A stretch of DNA of 64,000 bases from Candidatus Aegiribacteria sp. (lineage in GTDB: Bacteria; Fermentibacterota; Fermentibacteria; Fermentibacterales; JCC-6): contig JAUVLV010000003.1 of assembly GCA_030600545.1 (NCBI GenBank), positions 12,186 to 76,185 of the forward strand. The letters are read 5' to 3'. Of this stretch, positions 10,034 to 19,344 are shown piece by piece. The notes below the pieces were generated by a model. The model saw only the letters and a program-made list of their open reading frames with translations. It was not told the DNA's origin and searched no databases. The position numbers and the translations under genes were made by a program. Within the stretch, counting starts at the first letter, position 1; each line of letters starts with the position of its first letter.

Positions 10034-10381
10034 TCAGATATCGATGAAAGCATGTTCTGTGCCATAGAAATAGTGCGTCTCATCGTTGGTGCTTATTATC
10101 TTAACATCCATTCTTGAATCGCTGTTGTAATCGCCTATTTCAACAATATCCGGTATCCAGTTGATACGGAATACTCTTTCCCTTATAGGATGTCCTGGTT
10201 CCTGCATTGAAATCACGAGTTCTTTCAGATCAGATCCATCAAGTACGACAACCTTGGCCAGAATCCCGTCAAATTCCATCTGTTCATTGTAGATAACCCT
10301 GTTTACCGCACAGGAAGAAATAGTTTGAAGAATCAGCAGAGACAACGCAGTTGCGAAACCGAATAGAGTTTTGAATTTCAT
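10034..10381 (-). CDS. Small hypothetical lipoprotein
   Basis: The signal peptide and lipobox LQTISSC are present. No recognisable domain. Confidence 0.4.
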   Translation of the reverse strand: MKFKTLFGFATALSLLILQTISSCAVNRVIYNEQMEFDGILAKVVVLDGSDLKELVISMQEPGHPIRERVFRINWIPDIVEIGDYNSDSRMDVKIISTNDETHYFYGTEHAFIDI

Positions 10382-10409
10382 ATTACTTTTAAATTGTGTT
10401 TATACTTTC

Positions 10410-10760
10410 TTATTTGCTGTTGCTACCGCTATAAGCCTTGTGGATTCCGAATTGTAGGGTGCTCCCTCAAGGCTTCCGTAAATGTCAACACTTGAAAATC
10501 CAACTTCCTTAAGCATGCATGAAAGCTCTGCAGCACTGTAGACCCAGTGTGAAAATTCCCACCTGCCGAGAATACTCAAATTTTCGATTATAAGCCAATC
10601 ATTCTCAATGTGGTTCCAGCCGTCATCTATTCTGTGCCTCTGGATAAGCAGCAGACCTTCATCCGTTTCCTCATCTGTTACTGGATGGAAAATAGAGGCA
10701 AGGATAGGTCAGTTCCCAGAAATCACTTTGTTCAAACCAATCCATTACCATTCCTTCAAT
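10410..10760 (-). pseudogene. Coding remnant split across two frames (possible frameshifted small gene)
   Basis: My minus-strand translation gives MVMDWFEQSDFWELTYPCLYFPSSNR in one frame. An overlapping +1 frame gives PILASIFHPVTDEETDEGLLLIQRHRIDDGWNHIENDWLIIENLSILGRWEFSHWVYSAAELSCMLKEVGFSSVDIYGSLEG..., about 95 aa with no start codon. Confidence 0.25.
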
Positions 10761-11195
10761 TCAGGGATTGCATCTTCTGCAGAAATTGCAGATGCCAGTT
10801 CTTCTGGAATCGGGGCTGCCCCAGGTATACCATGCATCGATTATCTCAACCGTAAGAAAAGCCGGGTCCAGCTCAATGTAACCGCAATGGCCGACCATTG
10901 CCATGGTGGAAGGAAGACCCGAAAACTCACCACATAGCATGGCTATTTCCAGATATCCTGATTCATTCGGTGTTATAAAGTATAGATCCGGAGAAGCTAC
11001 TACGGGAAGGCTGTCCATGGCCGAGAGTATGATTTCCGCCATCTGAAGATTTGCTGTAGAATCATCTCCGGTTACAAGAAGGAGGCCGAACCTTGTAGGA
11101 GTTGCTGTATTATCAAGATCGATGAATCCATCTACAAGCGTGAACTGCTCCGGTATTGAAGCTGCTGCTGCGAGAATAATGAACATAATTGTCAT
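10761..11195 (-). CDS. Hypothetical secreted protein
   Basis: N-terminal hydrophobic signal MTIMFIILAAAAS. Its start overlaps the nlpC/P60 stop by 4 nt (ATGA), indicating an operon. No recognisable domain. Confidence 0.4.
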   Translation of the reverse strand: MTIMFIILAAAASIPEQFTLVDGFIDLDNTATPTRFGLLLVTGDDSTANLQMAEIILSAMDSLPVVASPDLYFITPNESGYLEIAMLCGEFSGLPSTMAMVGHCGYIELDPAFLTVEIIDAWYTWGSPDSRRTGICNFCRRCNP

Positions 11196-11710
11196 TCCAT
11201 GAACCTTCCCACCGATACTATCCTGTTGGAGTAATATTCCTTGGATAGTGATTCCCGTACAACTCCCCTGCTGGAAGAAGTATGGGCAAAGAAGCCGTTT
11301 CCTATGTAGATGCCTACGTGAGAAATGCCGGACCCGGAAGTATTGAAGAAAATGAGGTCGCCGAATTTAAGGATTGAGGGATTTACTGTTTCAGCAGCTG
11401 AAGCCTGCATGCTTGCGGTGCGCGGAATCGTGATGTCCACGGAACTATAGACGGCCTGCGTGAAAGCTGAGCAGTCAACACCGGAACGGCTCTCACCACC
11501 CCATAAGTAAGGTGTTCCCATCCATGAATCTATCTCGTCCATCATTTTGTTATCAGTTGAAGTTCTGGGACTCCCCCCGGTGGAGGCTATTTCGGACCAA
11601 TCTCCGCCGGAACACTGTATACCATCTCCCCTGTATACAGGAGTTGAACCGCAGGATACAAACAGCAGAACAGAAAACAATGGAATCAGAAAGCAGAGTG
11701 TATTTTTCAT
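11192..11710 (-). CDS. NlpC/P60 family (C40) cell-wall peptidase lipoprotein
   Basis: Lipobox VSCG. The catalytic Cys motif GVDCSAFTQ and the downstream SHVGIYIG His motif are present. Confidence 0.8.
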   Translation of the reverse strand: MKNTLCFLIPLFSVLLFVSCGSTPVYRGDGIQCSGGDWSEIASTGGSPRTSTDNKMMDEIDSWMGTPYLWGGESRSGVDCSAFTQAVYSSVDITIPRTASMQASAAETVNPSILKFGDLIFFNTSGSGISHVGIYIGNGFFAHTSSSRGVVRESLSKEYYSNRIVSVGRFME

Positions 11711-13341
11711 AGTATAATCTTTATTATCGTGTCTCTTTGAGGCTGAATAGTATCGGGACAGTCCATGCTGTAATGCAGACCTCTGCTTTCCCTTCTTCGC
11801 AGCGCAGATCTTACAATAGCTCTGCTTACAGTGCAGATGTTCCGGAGTTCCAGCAGACCGGTAACGGGGAGCAGAGACCAGTAATCCTCCTCTATCTCAT
11901 CTGCCAGGACATCTATTATCCTGAGGGCTCTATTGAGTCTTTTGTCGGACCTTACTATTCCTACATAATCCCACATGACACTTCTTATTGCTGCCCATGC
12001 ATGATCCAGAAGCACGTTTTCTTTGAGAGGTTTCGCTCTGCCGAATGACCAGTCTCTTGCATGGAAATCACTCGAGCGCATAACAGTGTCGGGAATGGAA
12101 TCTGCTGCCTTAAGCCCCATCACACCAGCTTCAAGAAGACTGTTGCTGCCAAGTCGATTGGCACCATGAAGTCCGGTGCAGGATACCTCACCTATTGCTC
12201 TCAGACCGTTCATTGCGGTACTGCCGTCGGTTCTTGCATCAATTCCGCCAACAATATAGTGGGCAGCGGGAACAACAGGTATAGGTTCGTTCCATGGACT
12301 AATACCAACAGAGGTAACGCCCTCGGTAACTTCGGGGAAAGAATTTGTCAGCTTCTCTCTGCTCAAGTGCGATGCATCCAGCAGAACATGATCGTTGCCC
12401 AATCGTTTCATTTCTGAATCAATAGCCCTGGCAACTATGTCCCTCGGGGCCAGTTCCATTCTTGCAGGATCGTAGTTTTCCATGAATCTTTCACCCTTGA
12501 GGTTTAATAGCATTGCCCCTTCTCCCCTCAGGGCTTCAGTAATAAGAAAGTTACGCTTATCAGGGTGGAAAAGGCAGGTAGGGTGGAATTGAAAGAATTC
12601 CATGTTCTTAAGGGGTAGTCCAGCTCGGTAGGCCATGGCCATTCCATCTCCCGTTGCGGAATCCTGATTGGAAGTATACCGGTATACTTTACCGGAACCG
12701 CCAGTAGCGATTACAGTTTCTCCCGCAAGAACAGTGGAAATTGTTCCATTGTGAAGAACATGAGCGCCGATACACCTGTCTACGGCACCTTCAACAAGTT
12801 CAGGCATTTCCCTGGATGCAGTGAGGAGATTAACCGCAAAGGCTGGTTCAATGATAGTAATGTTCTTCCGCTCGATACAGCGCTCACTTAGAACCTCACT
12901 TATGAGTTTTCCCGTTCTGTCTTTATAGTGAAGGACGCGCCGTATGCTGTGTCCGCCCTCGATGCCACTTTTTCCCATCCCGAAAGAACCCTCAAGTTCC
13001 GCACCCCACTGTAATAACTTTTTTACGAGCTTCGGACCATTGGATATAATATCCATCGCCACAATTTCGTCTACAAGACCTCCACCTGCATTAACGGTAT
13101 CATTAAGGTGAAGCTCAAAACTGTCATCGTCTGTAACTGCAGCCGCAAGCCCTCCCTGGGCAAGGTAAGTACTTCCGGTGGGCATCAGTATCTTGCTTAT
13201 CAGAAGGATATCAAGTTCCTCAGGAAGGGAAAGGGCGCATGTCAGGCCGGCCATACCGGCCCCAATAATCAGAACATCGGTTTCTATGATGTTATCAGTC
13301 AATCTTACTTCCCTTTTTTCTATTTCTTTTCCTGTACACAT
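11707..13341 (-). CDS. nadB: L-aspartate oxidase (fumarate reductase/succinate dehydrogenase flavoprotein family)
   Basis: It has the FAD-binding DVLIIGAGMAGL motif and is 544 aa. There are no adjacent sdhB/frdB-like genes, which favours NadB. Confidence 0.7.
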   Translation of the reverse strand: MCTGKEIEKREVRLTDNIIETDVLIIGAGMAGLTCALSLPEELDILLISKILMPTGSTYLAQGGLAAAVTDDDSFELHLNDTVNAGGGLVDEIVAMDIISNGPKLVKKLLQWGAELEGSFGMGKSGIEGGHSIRRVLHYKDRTGKLISEVLSERCIERKNITIIEPAFAVNLLTASREMPELVEGAVDRCIGAHVLHNGTISTVLAGETVIATGGSGKVYRYTSNQDSATGDGMAMAYRAGLPLKNMEFFQFHPTCLFHPDKRNFLITEALRGEGAMLLNLKGERFMENYDPARMELAPRDIVARAIDSEMKRLGNDHVLLDASHLSREKLTNSFPEVTEGVTSVGISPWNEPIPVVPAAHYIVGGIDARTDGSTAMNGLRAIGEVSCTGLHGANRLGSNSLLEAGVMGLKAADSIPDTVMRSSDFHARDWSFGRAKPLKENVLLDHAWAAIRSVMWDYVGIVRSDKRLNRALRIIDVLADEIEEDYWSLLPVTGLLELRNICTVSRAIVRSALRRRESRGLHYSMDCPDTIQPQRDTIIKIIL

Positions 13342-14404
13342 CTATACTATTTAGAATGTCATTCATCAGTTCCTGCACAGCTCCCTTGACTTCAAGATTC
13401 ATGGACTGTACGAGGATATCACCAGTATCCGGGATCCCATGCAGCTTCACAGCGTCCTTGGCGGTTGTTATAAGTGCTGAAGCTCCTGTCCTTTCCATAA
13501 TACGCTTCAAATGCTCAATATCACCTGCTGAGTAGACATGGTGATCTGGAAAAACCTCAAGCCCCTCAAGCCTTATTCCAGCTTCCTCAAGGGAATTGCG
13601 GAAACTCTCCGGTTTACCTATACCGCAGAAAGCCAGGACAGTTCTCTCTGGAATATCCGGCAGAACTTTGCCGTTTACAAGCCTCACGCCAGTATGCTTG
13701 ACCTTGCTGAACTGAACGGGAGCCTTCCAGTTATAATCAGAGACACGTCTCTTTATCCATTCCGCGGACATACCGGAAGGTATGCGGTTTATCCAGATAT
13801 GATCAGCCCTGGAGATAACGGATGGAAATTCTCTGAGTGTACCCGAAGGCAATATACCTCCCTGGCCGAAGGGACTTGCGAAATCGAGAACGAGAAGTTC
13901 AATATCACGGTAAAGCTGCAGATGCTGGAAGCCATCGTCAACAATAATAATATCGGGTCTTTCTCCGCGATAGGCTTTAAGCGCTGCTTCTGATTTTGAT
14001 TTACCAGCGTATACACTGCTCCTTCCAAGAAGACTCTCGGCAAGGAGAAGAACCTCATCGGTGAAATTTTCTCTGACCGCGTCGCTGTCGAGTCTGACAC
14101 TGCAGGCATGCGCGCGAATACCAAAATTCCGGGCTACAACAGATACATTATACCCCATCCCAGCTATTCGGTTGGCCAGCCATATAGTCACAGGCGTTTT
14201 ACCGGTACCCCCAACTTCTATATTACCAACGCTAATCACAGATACCGGAAGGTGAAATTGTCTATTCCCGGATTCGTACCATTTCCTTCTTATGGAAGCA
14301 AGAAGACCGTAAAGCCATCCGAATGGCATGAGAAACCATCCCACCCATGCGTAACTGCCCTGCCGGGATACTATTTTTCCGAAAAGTACATCAGGCCTTT
14401 TCAT
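13295..14404 (-). CDS. lpxK: Tetraacyldisaccharide 4'-kinase
   Basis: The GNIEVGGTGKTP P-loop is characteristic of LpxK. The N-terminal membrane-anchor helix is present. It overlaps the kdtA stop. Confidence 0.85.
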   Translation of the reverse strand: MKRPDVLFGKIVSRQGSYAWVGWFLMPFGWLYGLLASIRRKWYESGNRQFHLPVSVISVGNIEVGGTGKTPVTIWLANRIAGMGYNVSVVARNFGIRAHACSVRLDSDAVRENFTDEVLLLAESLLGRSSVYAGKSKSEAALKAYRGERPDIIIVDDGFQHLQLYRDIELLVLDFASPFGQGGILPSGTLREFPSVISRADHIWINRIPSGMSAEWIKRRVSDYNWKAPVQFSKVKHTGVRLVNGKVLPDIPERTVLAFCGIGKPESFRNSLEEAGIRLEGLEVFPDHHVYSAGDIEHLKRIMERTGASALITTAKDAVKLHGIPDTGDILVQSMNLEVKGAVQELMNDILNSIDVYRKRNRKKGSKID

Positions 14405-16274
14405 CGATTTTATCCGTTTCTGTGATCCCCGCTTTTCTTATCATCGCGGCGAAGTCATCAAGTATATTTCCTCTGATACTTTCGAATTCCTTTTTAACGC
14501 TGTTTCTGCTGCGCGAGTTGTTCCGCATCATGTTAAGTATATTGGCTATCTCTTCTTCCGATGGTGCTATATGTGCTATGCCCGATACAGCCAGTTTATC
14601 CACAATCTCTGTGAAACTGCTGTAATGAGGGCCAACAATGAACGGTACGCCTCTCATTGCCGGTTCAAGCACATTGTGCCCTCCAATCGGTACAAAAGTA
14701 CCTCCAACGAATGCCGCATCACCGACACCGTACATCTGTGCCAGTACTCCGTGAACATCTACCAGAATGCTGTCGAAATCAAACACTGTAGATGATGAAT
14801 TTGTCAATTCAGACCATTTAACAGGATTAAGGCTCATTCGCACCATGATATTCCGAACATCATCTATTCTGTCAAGGTGACGCGGTACTATGATAGGGAA
14901 GTAACCTGCCGATACAGCAGCGCTCAGAAGTATTTCCTCTTCTCCATTTCTTATGGAGCCAGCAACAAGAACAGGTTTATCTGTATTAAGAGCCATGCGC
15001 CATTCAGGCGGAGGGTCGCCATGATCGGTGAGTATTTTTGAATCCCCCGAAACACTCACGATCCTCTCATCGATGTTCATCGATATAAACCTTTTCTTGT
15101 CGAAAGCGCTTCTTGCAAGGATGCCGGTAAAGCAGGACAGCAGCATGGACGGAAGGGAGCCAAGGAAACGGTATCCCCTTAAGCTTTTTTCGGAAAGCCT
15201 TGCGTTAATCATCATGCATGGAATTCCGGACTCAACTGCTTTGCGAATTGTGTTGGGCCATATCTCCGTTTCCGCCAGTATAAACGCTCTGGGATGTATC
15301 CGCCGGATGAATCTTTCTGAAAAGCGCGGAATATCAAGTGGAATATAGCTTCCGTCCAGACCCATTCTATCTATGAACGACCGGCCGGATGGTGTAAAAC
15401 AGGTTATCCATACGGGTATGTCCTTCCCTTTCAGGTACTCAGCATAGGGCAGGAGCCCGTTAAGTTCGCCGAGTGAAGATCCGTGCAGCCATACGGGGCT
15501 GTTGCGGGATCTCTTCACGTACCCTTTTCTTTCCTTTCTCTCTCTATGCGGTCTGAACATTAGAACAAAGGATGAAACAGGATGCAGAACTGCCCCCACC
15601 AGACTGAGAATACCACTTATGAACCTTGCGGAAGGTGATGCCAGAAGATCTGCACAGGCTGTGACCCTGTTAAGTTCGGTTTCTACCCTCTCGATCCAGT
15701 GCTGTAGATCATCTTCCCTTTTCATCGGCGGTACAGGTCTGCCTTCAATAATCGGTACCAGAGCAAACGGCAGTGGTAGAATAAAACCGTCCCACGATGA
15801 AAAACGGACTGCAGGCCATCCGGATGATCCCATGGGGATTACGGGAAGTTTACCCAGCCTTGCTATATGGGCAATACCGTTCTTTGCAGCCTCTGCGGGT
15901 CCTCTGGGACCATCAGGTGTTATGGCGCAGTCAATTCCCTCTTTGAGTGCAACTGCCATTTCGCGGATGGCATTTCTTCCCCCTTTGGAGCTTGACCCTC
16001 TGATCGTTTCAAAACCCATGGAATGAAGCACATTGGTTACGTACTGACCATCTCTGTTCTGGCTTACAAGAACTTTAACACCCTCGTTTCTGTGTGTATG
16101 GATAAGTGGCAGCTGCCTTGCGTGCCAGAATGCAAAGAATACAGGTCTTCCCCTGGCTTTGCCTGCCCTTCCGGATGAAGGTTTTAAATACCGAACCCTC
16201 CAGGTAAGACCTATCAGTCTCATAAATATCCGGCCAAGTGTTTCCGAAAGCCTGAACAGATCAGTATGTAGCAT
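14391..16274 (-). CDS. waaA: Fusion of a DUF374 (lysophospholipid-acyltransferase-like) domain with 3-deoxy-D-manno-octulosonic acid transferase KdtA/WaaA
   Basis: The first ~200 aa (WHARQLPL...DGPRGP) match DUF374. A TM anchor follows, then the KdtA N-terminal motif VWLHGSSLGE and the GT30 C-domain. It is a single uninterrupted 627-aa frame. Confidence 0.75.
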   Translation of the reverse strand: MLHTDLFRLSETLGRIFMRLIGLTWRVRYLKPSSGRAGKARGRPVFFAFWHARQLPLIHTHRNEGVKVLVSQNRDGQYVTNVLHSMGFETIRGSSSKGGRNAIREMAVALKEGIDCAITPDGPRGPAEAAKNGIAHIARLGKLPVIPMGSSGWPAVRFSSWDGFILPLPFALVPIIEGRPVPPMKREDDLQHWIERVETELNRVTACADLLASPSARFISGILSLVGAVLHPVSSFVLMFRPHRERKERKGYVKRSRNSPVWLHGSSLGELNGLLPYAEYLKGKDIPVWITCFTPSGRSFIDRMGLDGSYIPLDIPRFSERFIRRIHPRAFILAETEIWPNTIRKAVESGIPCMMINARLSEKSLRGYRFLGSLPSMLLSCFTGILARSAFDKKRFISMNIDERIVSVSGDSKILTDHGDPPPEWRMALNTDKPVLVAGSIRNGEEEILLSAAVSAGYFPIIVPRHLDRIDDVRNIMVRMSLNPVKWSELTNSSSTVFDFDSILVDVHGVLAQMYGVGDAAFVGGTFVPIGGHNVLEPAMRGVPFIVGPHYSSFTEIVDKLAVSGIAHIAPSEEEIANILNMMRNNSRSRNSVKKEFESIRGNILDDFAAMIRKAGITETDKIDEKA

Positions 16275-17361
16275 TTGCTGTATCTTCCAGTATGTACCGG
16301 GCTGCCCTTTCGGATGAGCCCTTTTCCCCCAGTGCTTCCCTTACAAGTTTCAGCCCCTTTAAGGATTGCTTTCGGTCTTCGGAATTTATCAGAAGAGGTT
16401 TTACGAATCTGACGATGTTTTCCGGATAAACTTCTTTCTGAATGAGTTCTGCAGCGATCTCTGAACCCGCTACAAGATTGGCCATCCCGATGTTTTTTAC
16501 ACCCCTTACGAGTATTCTGGCAAGAAGATACGTGAGCGAAGAAGTTCTGTAGGTTATTATGAATGGTATTCCCCACATGGCTGTTTCAAGTGTTGCTGTG
16601 CCTGAACAGACCACAGCTGCAGATGCTTTTTCAAGGGCATCCTTAATGGAATCAGCAAGTCTTACTCCCTTAATATTCCTTGCAGATTCGTAGAGGTTTG
16701 CAGGCACGTCAGAGGATACGGCAACGGTAGCATTCGAAACGATCCCTGAATCCCTGAGGATGATAAAAGAATCCATCATCGGTTTTAGGAGGAGTGAAAT
16801 TTCCTGCCGGCGGCTTCCGGGCAGAAAGGCGATTTCCCCGCCTGGCTCGGATTCAAAGGGTTTTTGAATTGAATCAGCAAGTGGATGTCCTGAACATACG
16901 GCCCGGACACCATGTTCTCTGTAAAAATCAACTTCGAAACTGAAAAGAGTTATCATCAGGTCAACGGATTTTCGGATCTTCCTGACCCTTTTCCTGCCCC
17001 ATGCCCAGATTTGCGGAGAAATGTAATATATGACCCTGTAACCTCTTTTCTTCGCCCATATGGCAAGGGGAATATTGAAACCCGGATAATCGACCAGAAG
17101 AAGAATATCAGGATCGACTGCGAGAATATGTGATCTCATGCGGCTGCGCAGACTGCGGAATTTGTTAAGAGAGGATATCACTTCAGCAAAACCCATGACA
17201 GAATACTCGTTAAGATTGAATATTACATCGCCGCCGGCTTTTTGAATATTCCTGCCCCCCAACCCGGAAACATCAATGGAAACCATCTTCTGAAGCTCTT
17301 CCAGGAGTTCACCGCTTCGGACATCACCGGAAGGATCTCCGGCCGAAATGACGATTTTCAT
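16261..17361 (-). CDS. lpxB: Lipid-A-disaccharide synthase
   Basis: The N-terminus MKIVISAGDPSGD and a 366-aa GT19 pattern are present. Confidence 0.85.
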   Translation of the reverse strand: MKIVISAGDPSGDVRSGELLEELQKMVSIDVSGLGGRNIQKAGGDVIFNLNEYSVMGFAEVISSLNKFRSLRSRMRSHILAVDPDILLLVDYPGFNIPLAIWAKKRGYRVIYYISPQIWAWGRKRVRKIRKSVDLMITLFSFEVDFYREHGVRAVCSGHPLADSIQKPFESEPGGEIAFLPGSRRQEISLLLKPMMDSFIILRDSGIVSNATVAVSSDVPANLYESARNIKGVRLADSIKDALEKASAAVVCSGTATLETAMWGIPFIITYRTSSLTYLLARILVRGVKNIGMANLVAGSEIAAELIQKEVYPENIVRFVKPLLINSEDRKQSLKGLKLVREALGEKGSSERAARYILEDTANATY

Positions 17362-18296
17362 CCGGCAGGAATATCCTTCATTACTTCGTCCATAGCCTCC
17401 TGTATCCTTCCGGAAATGATTTGTGCTGATCTGAGGGCATTCAGGCCGTCCAGTCCGGTTACAGTGGGTAAGCAGCCTGTTTCGCAGGACATTCTGAAAT
17501 CGTTTAGCTCAGCGGTAAGCGCATCACCATCCGATACTGAAACGGATATGGGCTGGATTTTCCTGTCCACAACCCTGAAGGCTTCAACTTTCCTGGATGC
17601 GAAATCAACTGATACGTAGTTCCTGTGCTGGAAGAACCTCAGTTTCCTTATCTGTTCCCTCGATATTCTGCTTGCAGTCATATTGACCACGCAGTGATTC
17701 CGGAACTCTATCCTTGCGCTGGCGATATCAACGTTATTGCTGAGTACCGGAACACCGGAAGCCTGTACTGAGACTACAGGAGAACGGACAAAGGAAAGCA
17801 CAAGATCAATATCATGTATCATCAAATCCAGCACAACCGAAACATCGGTTCCCCTTGGATTGAAAGGTGACATTCTGTGACCCTCAACAAACAGTGGTTC
17901 ATCGATCAGTTCCGCAGCGGCAAGTATCGCGGGATTGAAACGTTCAACATGTCCCACTGCCAGGATGAGGTCTTTCTCTTCTGCGAGGTCAACCATTTCC
18001 TGTCCCTCTGCGGTTTCCGATGCGATAGGCTTCTCCACAAGGACATGCACACCTGAGTTCAGAGCCTTAAGTACAACCTGATAATGTTCTGAAGTTGTAC
18101 ATGCAACGACTGCGGAATCACATTCCTCGAGAAAGGAATCCAGTTTTCCAAAGGGCCTTACATCGAGTTCAGAGGCGAGTACTTTCATTCTCTCATTGTC
18201 AGTATCGAATATGGGAACTGTTCTTCCCGTTATTTCTCCGAGAATCCTTGCGTGATGGTAACCCAGATGACCTGTACCTATAACTCCTGTGATCAT
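17358..18296 (-). CDS. Gfo/Idh/MocA family NAD(P)-dependent oxidoreductase
   Basis: The Rossmann motif VIGTGHLGYHHARIL and the EKPIA motif are present. The start was set at the internal ATG to avoid overlap with ltaE. Confidence 0.75.
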   Translation of the reverse strand: MITGVIGTGHLGYHHARILGEITGRTVPIFDTDNERMKVLASELDVRPFGKLDSFLEECDSAVVACTTSEHYQVVLKALNSGVHVLVEKPIASETAEGQEMVDLAEEKDLILAVGHVERFNPAILAAAELIDEPLFVEGHRMSPFNPRGTDVSVVLDLMIHDIDLVLSFVRSPVVSVQASGVPVLSNNVDIASARIEFRNHCVVNMTASRISREQIRKLRFFQHRNYVSVDFASRKVEAFRVVDRKIQPISVSVSDGDALTAELNDFRMSCETGCLPTVTGLDGLNALRSAQIISGRIQEAMDEVMKDIPAG

Positions 18297-18297
18297 A

Positions 18298-19344
18298 TTA
18301 TCCCCCAAATACCGACAGAACATCGGCAGCGTACTTAACTGAACGTTCGGAAAGTGAAAGATGCGTAACGAATCGCAACATGGACGGTGATAGAGCCAGA
18401 CAGCCTATTTCAAGATCTGCAAGAGCATCAGCTATGTTTTCTGACTTGCCTTCGGGAGTTTCAGCTATGACTATATTGGTTTGAGGGTCTGGATTCAGCA
18501 TCTTCAGAATCGGTGAACGGGCTATTCCCCTTGCAAGCTGCTTTGCGTACCCGTGTGTTCTTGAAAGCTGAGGGAGATTATGTTCAAGCGCGTACAGACA
18601 GGCTGCCGCGAGAATTCCAGCCTGCCGCATTCCACCCCCGTGCTGCTTACGCAGGCATCGAACTTTATACTCATCTTCGGCCGAACAGACCAGGATGGAG
18701 CCCACAGGACATCCAAGCCCCTTCGAGAAACACATTGAGACCATTCTATAGACTGAAAGTACCTCCCGGAGTGTTTTTCCTGTTGCGGATATCGCATGCC
18801 AGACCCTTGCGCCGTCAAGATAAACTGAAACTTCACTGTCTCCGCAAATGTCTGCTATCTCTTTGATCTCGATTTCCGGAAGAACAAGGCCTCCCATGAT
18901 ATTCTGCGTGTTCTCAAGTGTAACCAGGGTTCTGGGCGCGAAGTGCTGGTCAATACCTCTGGAGACAGCCTTTTTTACTTCAGCAGGTGGAAGGCATCCG
19001 CTTACCGATTCATCTATCCTGTGCATCTGCAGACCGCCCAGCATAGCGTATTGTGCTCTTTCGTAAAGGTATACGTGGCTTCCGCTGCCACATATCACCT
19101 CATCCCCAGGGGAAGTGAGAGCCCTTATGGCGACTCCATTGGACATCGTACCTGTGGGCATAAATACCGCACTGTCAAATCCGGTCATCTCAGCTACAAC
19201 ACCCTCAAGATGGTTAACGGTCGGATCCTCTCCGAATACATCGTCTCCCACTTCTGCCCTGGCCATTGCGTTCCGCATCGCGTGTCCTGGAGTAGTTACA
19301 GTATCGCTGCGAAGGTCAACTTTAATCCTCTTCACTGTGTACAC
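18298..19344 (-). CDS. ltaE: Low-specificity L-threonine aldolase (PLP-dependent)
   Basis: DLRSDTVTTP...GDDV...DPTVN matches the LtaE N-terminus. The PLP-lysine region FSKGLGCPVGS and GGGMRQAGILAAA are also present. Confidence 0.8.
   Translation of the reverse strand: MYTVKRIKVDLRSDTVTTPGHAMRNAMARAEVGDDVFGEDPTVNHLEGVVAEMTGFDSAVFMPTGTMSNGVAIRALTSPGDEVICGSGSHVYLYERAQYAMLGGLQMHRIDESVSGCLPPAEVKKAVSRGIDQHFAPRTLVTLENTQNIMGGLVLPEIEIKEIADICGDSEVSVYLDGARVWHAISATGKTLREVLSVYRMVSMCFSKGLGCPVGSILVCSAEDEYKVRCLRKQHGGGMRQAGILAAACLYALEHNLPQLSRTHGYAKQLARGIARSPILKMLNPDPQTNIVIAETPEGKSENIADALADLEIGCLALSPSMLRFVTHLSLSERSVKYAADVLSVFGG

Noticed and set aside
15502-16026. 174-aa plus-strand ORF inside the DUF374::kdtA gene
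   Set aside because: It is antisense to a gene with clear KdtA motifs. It has no ribosome-binding site and no homology features.
16220-16576. 118-aa minus-strand ORF rich in Arg/Lys/Gly
   Set aside because: It is an alternative frame across the lpxB/kdtA junction, low-complexity, and explained by the overlapping real genes.
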